This document shows positions 35,803 through 43,946 of a DNA stretch of 51,192 nucleotides, one piece after another. Position numbers and translations under genes: made by a program. Position 1 is the first letter of the stretch; each line of letters opens with the position of its first letter. A model generated the notes under the pieces. It was not told the origin of the DNA. It worked only from the letters and a program-made list of their open reading frames with translations, and ran no database searches. Source of the DNA: a virus (lineage: Duplodnaviria > Caudoviricetes); the IMG/VR virus record IMGVR_UViG_3300025132_000054, positions 1-51,192 of that record. One strand, written 5' to 3'.

Positions 35803-36042
35803 ATGAAGGGAACCACGTTTGAGGTGGTCACGTTTACGCTTCCCATGTATTGGGCGTGTTATCTTATCAACGGTGACGCGACAGGACTGGAGGACGGAGA
35901 ACAAGAACAGATAGACGCATGGCTCGCGTCGGAGGGCAATCCGTACTTCGTTGACGTAGGCGAGCACTACTTCTCTTGGCGCAATGACGCGACCCGACTG
36001 GGCGGCAACGTGGCGGAGTACACCGCGCACCTATACACCTAG
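35803..36042 (+). CDS. small acidic phage protein
   Basis: GGAGG RBS; 'LPMYWACYLINGDATGLEDGEQEQID' motif. Confidence 0.75.
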   Translation: MKGTTFEVVTFTLPMYWACYLINGDATGLEDGEQEQIDAWLASEGNPYFVDVGEHYFSWRNDATRLGGNVAEYTAHLYT

Positions 36043-36068
36043 ACGCCGCGCACACAGCAGCGTCACCG

Positions 36069-36097
36069 CGTCGAGGCTTCGGTCTCGGCGTTTTTTT
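36069..36097 (+). terminator. intrinsic terminator
   Basis: CGTCGAGGC-TTCG-GTCTCGGCG hairpin followed by T7. Confidence 0.9.
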
Positions 36098-36222
36098 GTG
36101 CCTCCTATGGAGCGCCTGACGTTCACACCCTGCACCTCTAGCCCCGCCCCGCCCTCGCCCTCGCTGTGGAATCGTGCCCGCACTGAGCTCGAGCTGCCGT
36201 CAAAGCAAAACCGGGCGAGCTC

Positions 36223-36326
36223 AACGTCACGCCGAACTGCTCCGCCGCAAACGTCACGCCGAACTGCTCCGCCTGGCCGAGCGACGTGGAGTGAACTGCT
36301 CCCGAAGAAGAGTGAACTGCTCCCGA
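36223..36326 (+). repeat. GAACTGCTCC repeat cluster
   Basis: AACGTCACGCCGAACTGCTCCGCC x2 (36223, 36250); GAGTGAACTGCTCCCGA x2 (36289, 36310). Confidence 0.85.
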
Positions 36327-36347
36327 CCTACAGGTTTAACCTTATGA

Positions 36348-36399
36348 ATCAAAGAACTTTTGTTTTATTGTTGCCCCCATATATCGAGTTGATTAGTTT
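36348..36399 (+). promoter_or_regulatory. sigma70-like promoter with AT-rich UP element
   Basis: TTGCCC (36371)-17 bp-TAGTTT (36394), AT-rich upstream; follows a terminator and precedes an AAGGAG RBS. Confidence 0.55.
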
Positions 36400-36424
36400 A
36401 CGAACACAACCAAAGGAGAACAGC

Positions 36425-36781
36425 ATGAGTCTATGTGACGCACACACCGCGAACTGTTGGGCGCGAGAAGAAGAAGCCATCGCTCGGCAAGAGGACGAGG
36501 CAGAGCACAATCACTGGGAACAGGTGATGACCGAGGTGGAGACGTGGGCCTCGGACTGGGAGTGCTTCGCTGACCTCGACCTGGTTAGCCCGAACGAGAA
36601 GGCGCAGATTCTGTCGTACACAAAGCGGCTGCGCGAGTGGCTCGATGAACACAGTGAGTTCTGGAAGTGGCAGACCAGCGCACGGAACCTGCCCGTCGAG
36701 CCGTTCCTGCCTTCGCAGAAGAACACGCCCGTCTACCCTGAGATGAAGCCCACGAAAAACGATGCGGACATCCCGCTTTGA
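36425..36781 (+). CDS. hypothetical protein
   Basis: start revised to MSLCDA after AAGGAG; 118 aa. Confidence 0.7.
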   Translation: MSLCDAHTANCWAREEEAIARQEDEAEHNHWEQVMTEVETWASDWECFADLDLVSPNEKAQILSYTKRLREWLDEHSEFWKWQTSARNLPVEPFLPSQKNTPVYPEMKPTKNDADIPL

Positions 36782-36888
36782 TTGACTGGGAAACCGCTAT
36801 CCTCTGGTGCGCTGTGTGCTGGAGGATGTTCGCCAAAGCTGACACCTGCCCCCACTGTGGGGCGACACCAAAAGAGAGGGACCAATGA
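36778..36888 (+). CDS. 36-aa zinc-ribbon peptide (CAVC...CPHC)
   Basis: TTGA and ATGA overlaps with both neighbours; two CxxC motifs. Confidence 0.55.
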   Translation: MIDWETAILWCAVCWRMFAKADTCPHCGATPKERDQ

Positions 36889-37166
36889 GCCTCAAGGACA
36901 AGTACATAGCCATGTCCGAACCTCCACCTGGGCGCTTACCTAAAGGGCCGAGGCGTCCGAGACGGTGGGCCAATGCGTTTATCATTAGTGCGGAGGGAAC
37001 GAATGAGAGACTGCACTTCCCCGGACCAGCGCACGAAGCGGTCGCCCTTATCCGCGAGTATTGTTTAGCGACGGGCGCGGGCCTCGCGGTCTACTTTCGC
37101 CGCCATCCGCATGATGGCAGAATGTTCTCGCAGCACACTGTTTATAGAAAGGAAGGTGAGGAATGA
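36885..37166 (+). CDS. hypothetical protein
   Basis: 93 aa; GAGG RBS. Confidence 0.6.
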   Translation: MSLKDKYIAMSEPPPGRLPKGPRRPRRWANAFIISAEGTNERLHFPGPAHEAVALIREYCLATGAGLAVYFRRHPHDGRMFSQHTVYRKEGEE

Positions 37167-37279
37167 TGTATGAACCCGTGTTTAGTTTAGTAGACCTAGC
37201 CCTCTTTACCGTGGCTGCGTTGGTCGGTTTCTGGTGGAGCACGCTGGATGTTTCTGGCAATGGGAGGAACGGTGAATGA
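37163..37279 (+). CDS. 38-aa membrane peptide (MMYEPVFSLVDLALFTVAALVGFWW...)
   Basis: ATGA overlaps at both ends; one hydrophobic helix. Confidence 0.55.
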   Translation: MMYEPVFSLVDLALFTVAALVGFWWSTLDVSGNGRNGE

Positions 37280-38219
37280 GCTGGCACTATTCGCAGGCGC
37301 AGGCGGCGGACTTCTCGGTGGACGACTACTTGGCTGGACTCCGGTCTGCGCAGTCGAGATTGAAGAGTACCCCCGGAACATCTTGCTCGCCCGACAAAGG
37401 GACGGGTGCCTTCCAGCCTTCCCTGTTTGGGACGATGTCCGTACCTTTAACGGGCATCCATGGCACGGGGTCACCGATGTCATCACCGGAGGATTTCCAT
37501 GCACGGACATTAGCTCGGCGGGTCGCGGTCAAGGACTTGCCGGAGAGCGTTCGGGACTATGGTTTGAAATGCTCCGTATTATTGGAGAGGTGCGGCCTCC
37601 TTTTGTCTTCGCGGAAAACAGTCCGTACCTTCGTACCCGTGGCCTTGGCGTCGTCATCGAAGGACTTACCGGCTTGGGGTATGACGTTCGGTGGTGTGTG
37701 CTGGGGGCTTGGCACACGGGTAATCCGTCCGCCCCGCACCGAAGGAACCGCATGTGGATATATGCTTCCGACCCCAACAGCGAACGAGTACGGAACGAAC
37801 ACCGCGATTGGCGGGAAGCCTCGCCCGTCGTTGAGCACGATGGCCAGGCAGGACTTGTGGCCGACGCCGATGGCATCCGACTGGAAGAACATGGACACTG
37901 CAAAGCAGGTAAGTCTGTCAGCTATAGTTCGCGACCCGGACCTGTGGCCGACGCCAACAGCTCGCGACTGGAAAGACACACCGGGGTTCAAGAAGCAACG
38001 GAAGGACGGCAAACGTCGGGACGACTTGCTCCCCCGGAAGATGTATATTGTGGAGCAGACGCCGTCGCGTGGTGGGCATCTGAACCCGACGTGGGTCGAG
38101 TGGTTAATGGGGTGGCCGCTAGGCTGGACCGAAAGGCGAGGCTTCAGTCAATCGGCAATGGACAGGTTCCAGCAGTGGCTGCGCTTGCATGGAGTATCCT
38201 CCACGGAGCAGACCGATGA
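37272..38219 (+). CDS. DNA (cytosine-5) methyltransferase, alpha chain lacking motif IX
   Basis: motif I FAGAGG, IV GGFPC, VI ENS, VIII HRRNR, X RLQSIGNG; GTG start after GGGAGG. Confidence 0.9.
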   Translation: MNELALFAGAGGGLLGGRLLGWTPVCAVEIEEYPRNILLARQRDGCLPAFPVWDDVRTFNGHPWHGVTDVITGGFPCTDISSAGRGQGLAGERSGLWFEMLRIIGEVRPPFVFAENSPYLRTRGLGVVIEGLTGLGYDVRWCVLGAWHTGNPSAPHRRNRMWIYASDPNSERVRNEHRDWREASPVVEHDGQAGLVADADGIRLEEHGHCKAGKSVSYSSRPGPVADANSSRLERHTGVQEATEGRQTSGRLAPPEDVYCGADAVAWWASEPDVGRVVNGVAARLDRKARLQSIGNGQVPAVAALAWSILHGADR

Positions 38220-38226
38220 GCGGTAA
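37276..38226 (+). CDS. overlapping-frame methyltransferase beta chain (WPTP repeats plus motif IX-like)
   Basis: 316-aa open frame; three 'PTP.A' repeats; 'LNPTWVEWLMGWPLGWT' resembles motif IX; ATG coupled to the upstream stop. Confidence 0.7.
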   Translation: MSWHYSQAQAADFSVDDYLAGLRSAQSRLKSTPGTSCSPDKGTGAFQPSLFGTMSVPLTGIHGTGSPMSSPEDFHARTLARRVAVKDLPESVRDYGLKCSVLLERCGLLLSSRKTVRTFVPVALASSSKDLPAWGMTFGGVCWGLGTRVIRPPRTEGTACGYMLPTPTANEYGTNTAIGGKPRPSLSTMARQDLWPTPMASDWKNMDTAKQVSLSAIVRDPDLWPTPTARDWKDTPGFKKQRKDGKRRDDLLPRKMYIVEQTPSRGGHLNPTWVEWLMGWPLGWTERRGFSQSAMDRFQQWLRLHGVSSTEQTDER

Positions 38227-38312
38227 GAAAGAGGTGTATCAAAAAACTTTACCTTATCGGTTGCGCTATCAGTGACCCCGACATAAGGGGGTTCATAACC
38301 AGAGAGGACAGC

Positions 38313-38540
38313 ATGGCCGCAGATGTTATCAACTTCCAACTCTTCCGCGTCATCCGACGCTTCAAGGTGACGCACCCCCGCGCTTGGGACAGCATCACCT
38401 ATGCCCAGTTTGTTGACATGGCCCAAGGTGGTGACGGTGACGAGCACTATGGCTCTACCATCCGTGACCGCTTCTATGCGGGCTGGACCAATGCTGATTT
38501 CCAAACCCTTATTGACCAAGTTGGAGGACCAAATGAGTAG
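38313..38540 (+). CDS. hypothetical protein
   Basis: 75 aa; GAGG RBS. Confidence 0.65.
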   Translation: MAADVINFQLFRVIRRFKVTHPRAWDSITYAQFVDMAQGGDGDEHYGSTIRDRFYAGWTNADFQTLIDQVGGPNE

Positions 38541-38883
38541 ACTAGCAGACCACCACATCGAAGACCTGCAGCGTGCAGCGCAGGAAGGCTACACCACGCA
38601 CAACGAAGACGAGGGGATTATCGAGGAGACCGTTGGCACATGGCGTGTCGGCCTGGTCGGCGCTACCTACGATGACCTCGTCACAGCATTCGGTGAACCT
38701 GTGGAGTCGGGCGACATCGCCACCAACTTCGAGTGGTACATCAAGTTCGACGACGGCACCGTCGCCACAGTGTATGACTACAACATGACCAAGCCCTGCT
38801 ATGATGCCATCGACTGGCACGTCGGGGGCAAGGTCGGGCACGCTGCCACGCTGGTCGCGGTCGCAGTTCATCGAGCGGCTTGA
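38533..38883 (+). CDS. conserved-type phage hypothetical protein
   Basis: start revised to MSRLAD (GGAGG RBS); 'ATYDDLVTAFGEP...EW...ATVYDY...WHVGG'. Confidence 0.7.
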   Translation: MSRLADHHIEDLQRAAQEGYTTHNEDEGIIEETVGTWRVGLVGATYDDLVTAFGEPVESGDIATNFEWYIKFDDGTVATVYDYNMTKPCYDAIDWHVGGKVGHAATLVAVAVHRAA

Positions 38884-39074
38884 TGCCCATCTATGAGTTC
38901 AAGTGCGAGGGGTGCAGTCATCGCTTTGAGGCGCTCACTCGCTCGCACAAAACGCAGAAGGCTTGCCCGAACTGTGGGCACGAACGATGCACAAAACTTA
39001 TCAGCACCTCCTCCTTCATTCTGAAGGGTGGAGGCTGGTATTCAGACGGCTATCAAAAGCCAAGGGGAGAATGA
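38883..39074 (+). CDS. FmdB-family zinc-ribbon protein
   Basis: MPIYEFKCEGC...CPNCG...FILKGGGWYSDGY. Confidence 0.85.
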   Translation: MPIYEFKCEGCSHRFEALTRSHKTQKACPNCGHERCTKLISTSSFILKGGGWYSDGYQKPRGE

Positions 39075-39075
39075 C

Positions 39076-39690
39076 ATGCGAGTATATGGTTTGCAGTGGG
39101 AAGTACCAGAGGCGGAGCGCATCAGAAAAGAGATGGGCAACAACCTCGGGGTCCAGTTCTTTAATACAAAGAGAGGCGCAGTCGAGAGGGCCAAGTCTCT
39201 GGAGCACAGCTTGAAGCCAGCGGAGCACGAAACCGTGACCATCAAGCTATACCGCATCAGCGGCAAGATACTGAAGGACGACCTTCGGTGCCTCCTATCA
39301 TTCGCCGCAGACCAGGCCTTCCCCCTTCATCTTTGGGAGGAGGTCAAGTCAGAGCGCCGGACAGTTGGGGGCACATACAAGTGGCAGCGAGGCGTGACCC
39401 CCATCCACTCGTACCTCAAGACTACACCTCGGTACAAGTACAACATGGGGGCGAGGTCCGTTCAATACTTCGGGCAGGTAGGCAAGTACGATTTGTACTG
39501 GTGTCCGAAAGACATGTCCATCGAGGTCATCCATGAACGGCTCGACGACATCGTCGGGTGGTATGGACTGGATGAGCTGCCCATCAAGTGGTCCGGCATG
39601 ACACTGGAAGAGATGAAGGGCGAAAGAATCGGCGCGGTCAATGAGGCTTACATGCTGCTACGAAAGCTAGCGAAGGAACTACAAGCATGA
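39076..39690 (+). CDS. hypothetical protein
   Basis: start revised to MRVYGL after GGGGAG; 204 aa. Confidence 0.65.
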   Translation: MRVYGLQWEVPEAERIRKEMGNNLGVQFFNTKRGAVERAKSLEHSLKPAEHETVTIKLYRISGKILKDDLRCLLSFAADQAFPLHLWEEVKSERRTVGGTYKWQRGVTPIHSYLKTTPRYKYNMGARSVQYFGQVGKYDLYWCPKDMSIEVIHERLDDIVGWYGLDELPIKWSGMTLEEMKGERIGAVNEAYMLLRKLAKELQA

Positions 39691-39926
39691 AGTGCCCTGT
39701 CTGTGGTTCAAGCAAGAACAAAGTCGTGGACACGGTGAAGACCTACGTCAGGGACGCCAAGAAGAAAGGCTACATCCTGACCAGGTTGGTCCGTGCTCTG
39801 CGTATGAAGGACACTGGCGAGCTCGCCCGTGCAGGTGGAGTCGGCAGACATCGGCACTGCCAGCACTGCAACACCCACTTCATTACGCACGAAACGATGG
39901 CGCAAATCATGAGGGCGAAACAATGA
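39687..39926 (+). CDS. NrdR N-terminal-like zinc-ribbon protein
   Basis: MKCPVCG...KVVDT...RHRHCQHCNTHFITHE; no ATP-cone. Confidence 0.7.
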   Translation: MKCPVCGSSKNKVVDTVKTYVRDAKKKGYILTRLVRALRMKDTGELARAGGVGRHRHCQHCNTHFITHETMAQIMRAKQ

Positions 39927-40162
39927 TGGTCGAAGGGTACGGTTGGGTGTCGCTGGATGAGATACAAGGTCTCATGGCTTCGATGTCTCTTGAGCTTGAA
40001 GAAACCCCTGACAAAACGGACGAGGTTTTGTACGCCATCATGGGCGACATGTTCAATCTCGACATGTTTGTTGAGGGCGACATGCTCACCATCACGGGGA
40101 ACAAGTACGACATTTGGTCGTGGCTCACCTTCTCCATGTGGTATTCGGTTGACGCATCATGA
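39923..40162 (+). CDS. small acidic hypothetical protein
   Basis: 79 aa; ATGA overlaps on both sides. Confidence 0.6.
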   Translation: MMVEGYGWVSLDEIQGLMASMSLELEETPDKTDEVLYAIMGDMFNLDMFVEGDMLTITGNKYDIWSWLTFSMWYSVDAS

Positions 40163-41595
40163 TGCTACATCCTTGGGTGCTCGATGGATTCCTCACCGAG
40201 TACCAACGCGAAGGCTGGGACTTCATGCTACAGCGGGACACTATCCTCTGGTGGGCGTGTGGTTCTGGCAAGACCCTCGCCGCTCTGCTGTGGGCCGCAT
40301 CGCAGGATGAGCCTGGCCGCACACTGGTCATCACCCGCGCTCCCGCTCGACGACAGTGGCAGCGCGAGGTGTCACACTACACGACAGGCCAAGCGGTGGT
40401 GGGCGAAGGGCGGACGCCGTTGCCCTTCAAGGAACTACGACATGCCGACATCCTCATCCTGTCATGGGAAACGATGCCCTACTGGATTGACGCCATCGAC
40501 GAATGGCGCAGAGTGTACGGGCATCTGTACGTTATCTTCGACGAACTACATAAGGGCAAGTCGTGGAAGCGAAAGAAGAAGTACCTCGCGCCAGATGGCC
40601 AAGCCCGGTATATGTCCGCCGACAACCGAGCCTCCGCTGCCTGTGAGATTTCACGCATGGCTCGACGACGACTCGGGCTGACCGCAACTCTCATCCGCGA
40701 CAGAGTGTCAGACCTTTGGGCGCAGGTAGACCTGGTGTCGCCTGACTTCTTCGGCTCGAACTGGGACTTCATCCATCGCTACTGTGACGCGAAGCGCAGT
40801 CCGTTCGGTGGCCTTGATACCAGCGGCAGGTCCAACGTGCCCGAACTTAAAGAGAAGCTACGCAAGATTGTTCATGTGGTATCCCGTGAAGAGATGGCCC
40901 GAACTCTTCCGCCCAAGCGACGACAGCTCGTCTATCTGTCAAAGGCGGACCAGACGAGACCAGCAGGGTTCGCCGAGGACATGAGGCGGGCAGCACGACA
41001 GGGAAGGCAGGCACTGTTCGAGATGAAGCTACTCGAAGCCGCTAGCCGCAAGCGCAACTGGATAGCCGAGACCGCAGCGGATGCAGTCGAGGCAGGGCAG
41101 AAGGTGTGCGTCTTGACGGGCCGCAGGAAAGACTGTGAGGCGCTCGCCAAGCTGGTGGGTAAGAAGACCAAGGGTCTGCCAGTATGGAGCGGGCACGGGG
41201 GCGACAGCACCTCGTATCGGGACGGCATCGTCAAAGAGTACGCGGCTCACGATGGTGGCGCGGCGTTCGTCGGGACCACCGATGCGTTCGGTGAAGCCAT
41301 CGACGGTTTGCAGAACACGGACCTTGTTATCTTCGGACTGCTCCCGTGGACACCGGGACAGATTACCCAAGCTGAAGGACGGTTCAGTAGGCACGGGTCA
41401 ACCAGGCCTGTGCTCTTGATGTACACCGTGGCGAGCGGGACCGCAGACGAAGCGGTCGCTGATGTACTGCTCAACAAGCTGCAGTCTGTCGAGGCTGTGC
41501 TCGACGACAAGGAGTCTGGAGAGGTGGCGAGCACTCTTGCTGGTGACCAGAACGAGGACGAGATCATAGCTTCAATCTTGAATCTCTGCTCTTGA
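40159..41595 (+). CDS. SNF2-like SF2 helicase
   Basis: 'GSGKT', 'DELH', 'GLTAT', 'DLWAQ', 'WTPG..QAEGRFSRHG'. Confidence 0.9.
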   Translation: MMLHPWVLDGFLTEYQREGWDFMLQRDTILWWACGSGKTLAALLWAASQDEPGRTLVITRAPARRQWQREVSHYTTGQAVVGEGRTPLPFKELRHADILILSWETMPYWIDAIDEWRRVYGHLYVIFDELHKGKSWKRKKKYLAPDGQARYMSADNRASAACEISRMARRRLGLTATLIRDRVSDLWAQVDLVSPDFFGSNWDFIHRYCDAKRSPFGGLDTSGRSNVPELKEKLRKIVHVVSREEMARTLPPKRRQLVYLSKADQTRPAGFAEDMRRAARQGRQALFEMKLLEAASRKRNWIAETAADAVEAGQKVCVLTGRRKDCEALAKLVGKKTKGLPVWSGHGGDSTSYRDGIVKEYAAHDGGAAFVGTTDAFGEAIDGLQNTDLVIFGLLPWTPGQITQAEGRFSRHGSTRPVLLMYTVASGTADEAVADVLLNKLQSVEAVLDDKESGEVASTLAGDQNEDEIIASILNLCS

Positions 41596-41687
41596 CATTC
41601 CCTTGACATCTTTGGCCCTCATATGTGGGGGCGACAAGGTATACTGCTTTCGTTGGCAATGACGCCGACCACAACCATGAGGGGCAA

Positions 41688-41984
41688 ATGATTATCAATA
41701 TGGCAATGTCAAAAGGCATCGCGGTGAACCTCGTCCGCTTCTGCTTGAGGGACGCACCGGAAACATCAAAGTTCACAAACACCGTATCCCTCGTCCTTGG
41801 GGGCGACTGGGACTTGGCGGAGCAGCTTATTGGCGCGGCGCTAATCGCGGATGTACTCACCCGCACCGAGGTTGAGCGAGGCGATGAGGTCAAGTGGGTC
41901 TATGGTGTTGGCGAAAAGTGTGAAGCATTCTGTGAGAAGGCAGCCGCTGAGTACATCCTCCGCAACGTGGAGTACGCATCATGA
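41688..41984 (+). CDS. hypothetical protein
   Basis: start chosen at the ATG after GAGGGG; start position uncertain. Confidence 0.55.
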   Translation: MIINMAMSKGIAVNLVRFCLRDAPETSKFTNTVSLVLGGDWDLAEQLIGAALIADVLTRTEVERGDEVKWVYGVGEKCEAFCEKAAAEYILRNVEYAS

Positions 41985-42316
41985 GTTACGATGCACACGT
42001 CAAGGCAGTAGACGAGTGGGCTGAGAAGGTATGCGAGTCTTGTCTTGAGGACCGCGACGAGTATGGTGGCCTCTCGGCCCTTGACTGCTGGCACCGTGAT
42101 CTTCCGCCAATAGTCTATGATACCGCCCAAGACCTCATCTCAGAGGCGGAGTCGGAGGAATGGGCGGAGATGCTGTCCGCTTATCTTTATGAGGTCTCCT
42201 CGGAGATTGATCACTTCCGCTGTCCCGAGAATCGTGCCCGTAGTTTGGAGAAAGACCGGGACCACTTTTATCAGACTGGAACCTTGAGAGGAGGCGAGCA
42301 TGACCCCAGCCTCTAA
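41981..42316 (+). CDS. acidic hypothetical protein
   Basis: 111 aa; ATGA overlap; GGAG RBS. Confidence 0.65.
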   Translation: MSYDAHVKAVDEWAEKVCESCLEDRDEYGGLSALDCWHRDLPPIVYDTAQDLISEAESEEWAEMLSAYLYEVSSEIDHFRCPENRARSLEKDRDHFYQTGTLRGGEHDPSL

Positions 42317-42536
42317 TCCAGTCTACATGAACTACGACTGCACGACGTGCGGGACAGAGTTTCAGCATGAGCTTCAAGTCTGCGGCAATGGTGGCGTGTG
42401 CGACCTCTGCGAAGGCGAGCTCGAACCTGACTCTTCTTTCACCATTCTCTACTTGGTAGACCTAGATTGTTTTGTTGCGTTCCCTCGAACATCAGTTAAT
42501 CCCCTCATGACCAGAGAAGGAGGACACCATGAGTAA
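42300..42536 (+). CDS. small zinc-binding protein
   Basis: CTTC...CDLC; GGAGG RBS. Confidence 0.6.
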   Translation: MTPASNPVYMNYDCTTCGTEFQHELQVCGNGGVCDLCEGELEPDSSFTILYLVDLDCFVAFPRTSVNPLMTREGGHHE

Positions 42537-43452
42537 GTTACCGTTTGTCTTCGGCATCATCTATGCCGCACCAAAGAAGGGCAAGACCCTTGGGATGATT
42601 AAGTCGTTCCCTAACGACGCGCTGTACATCGGGCCAGTCGGCGGGACATCGTGTGCTGAGTACATCGGTTACGAGCCAGAGACCTGGGTGGTTGGCCCTG
42701 AGACTCGGGTGCTGAAACTGACTGAGGTAATCAATCGGGCGTCTGCTTCGGGCAAGTTCAAGGCCATCATTGTCGATGACTTCAGCCTTATTGCGGACTC
42801 TGAACTGCACCACATTCAGAGTGTGCCGAAGAATGCTGGCTTCAAAGCGTTCGATGTTTTGAACAAGACCATGTATAAACTGCGTGACGCGGCCCGCAAC
42901 GCAAAGTGCCACGTCTTCCTGTTGATGCATGAGACTCCACCCCGTGAGGTGAGCCGTGACAACCACATGGTATTCATCCCCGGACACCCATCCATCACGG
43001 GCTGGAAGTTGCCCGAGAAGATTCCTGCGATGGCTGACTTCGTGGTCCGTGTGAAGCACGACCCCAAAGCTCTGAGTGAGTGGCCTTATGTGTACCAAGC
43101 TGCTACGACCCCAGAGTTTATTACAGGCAGTCGCTTCGCGATGATGCCTGACTATTCACCTACCAACATCCGTGAGGTGATGCTGGCTACGGGCTATGAC
43201 CTGCCTCGGCCTAAAGGCATGGAGTGGATGGATGAACTTGCCGACACTGTGTCCGACAGCCTCATTGAATACGGGGCTGAAGACAAGCGCGCCGTAAAGA
43301 AGTGGCTCGAAAAGAACGGACCTGAGTTGGCCCTTACTGTTGAGGGCAAAGACCCTCGCCACGTTCGCTGGGCTATCAGCGATGGAATCGATCGGGCGGT
43401 GATTCGCCGCCATAAAACCAACCTGTTGGATGATTTCTTCACCAACTTTTAG
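42529..43452 (+). CDS. Sak4-like/AAA_24 P-loop ATPase (recombination)
   Basis: 'IIYAAPKKGKT', 'IIVDDFS', 'LLMHE', 'MADFV'; followed by an SSB-like gene. Confidence 0.75.
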   Translation: MSKLPFVFGIIYAAPKKGKTLGMIKSFPNDALYIGPVGGTSCAEYIGYEPETWVVGPETRVLKLTEVINRASASGKFKAIIVDDFSLIADSELHHIQSVPKNAGFKAFDVLNKTMYKLRDAARNAKCHVFLLMHETPPREVSRDNHMVFIPGHPSITGWKLPEKIPAMADFVVRVKHDPKALSEWPYVYQAATTPEFITGSRFAMMPDYSPTNIREVMLATGYDLPRPKGMEWMDELADTVSDSLIEYGAEDKRAVKKWLEKNGPELALTVEGKDPRHVRWAISDGIDRAVIRRHKTNLLDDFFTNF

Positions 43453-43469
43453 ACGAGAGGGAGAGTGAG

Positions 43470-43946
43470 ATGGCTGTTATTTTCAGAGCCAAGACAGACG
43501 ACATGACCGGCAGCAAGCTGGAGGAGCGTGGCGTGTACCCGGTTGAGGTCAAAAGCCTTCGGCCCGAGATTAGCAAGAGCGGCAACAACATGATGTCGTG
43601 GATGGCCGAGGTCACCGAGGGCGCTCAGAAAGGCAAGGTGTGCTACGGGCGTATCTTGATTCCGACTGCGGAACTCAAGTGGCCTCGCGCACGGTGGGTG
43701 CGAATGTTGGAGTCGTTCGGCTTTAGTGGAGAGGAAGCACGTCAGATCATGAACGAGGGCCTAGATGACGAGAAGCATGTCATTGGGCAGCAGGGATGGA
43801 TTGAGTTCACCCCTCCCGTTGGTGAAGGGTCGTTCGCGGAAACAGAGTGGGTCACCGAAGCGCAGGCTGTGTCTCGCATCCAGGTCGCAGCCGAGGCTCG
43901 CGTGGCTAGGGCGGAACTAACGCCTGACGACGACATGCCGTTCTAA
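43470..43946 (+). CDS. DUF669-like single-stranded DNA-binding protein
   Basis: 'GVYPVEV...SKSGNNM...EV.EG..KG'; acidic tail DDDMPF. Confidence 0.7.
   Translation: MAVIFRAKTDDMTGSKLEERGVYPVEVKSLRPEISKSGNNMMSWMAEVTEGAQKGKVCYGRILIPTAELKWPRARWVRMLESFGFSGEEARQIMNEGLDDEKHVIGQQGWIEFTPPVGEGSFAETEWVTEAQAVSRIQVAAEARVARAELTPDDDMPF

Noticed and set aside
36223-36326. Possible mini-CRISPR array
   Set aside because: Gaps between repeats are only 3-15 bp, the units are of two kinds, and there are no cas genes
35984-36424. N-terminal extension of the 265-aa ORF
   Set aside because: Crosses a terminator, the repeat array and a promoter; the RBS supports 36425
36849-36864. Palindrome GCCCCCACTGTGGGGC as an operator
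   Set aside because: Explained by the codons for CPHCG in a small zinc-ribbon ORF
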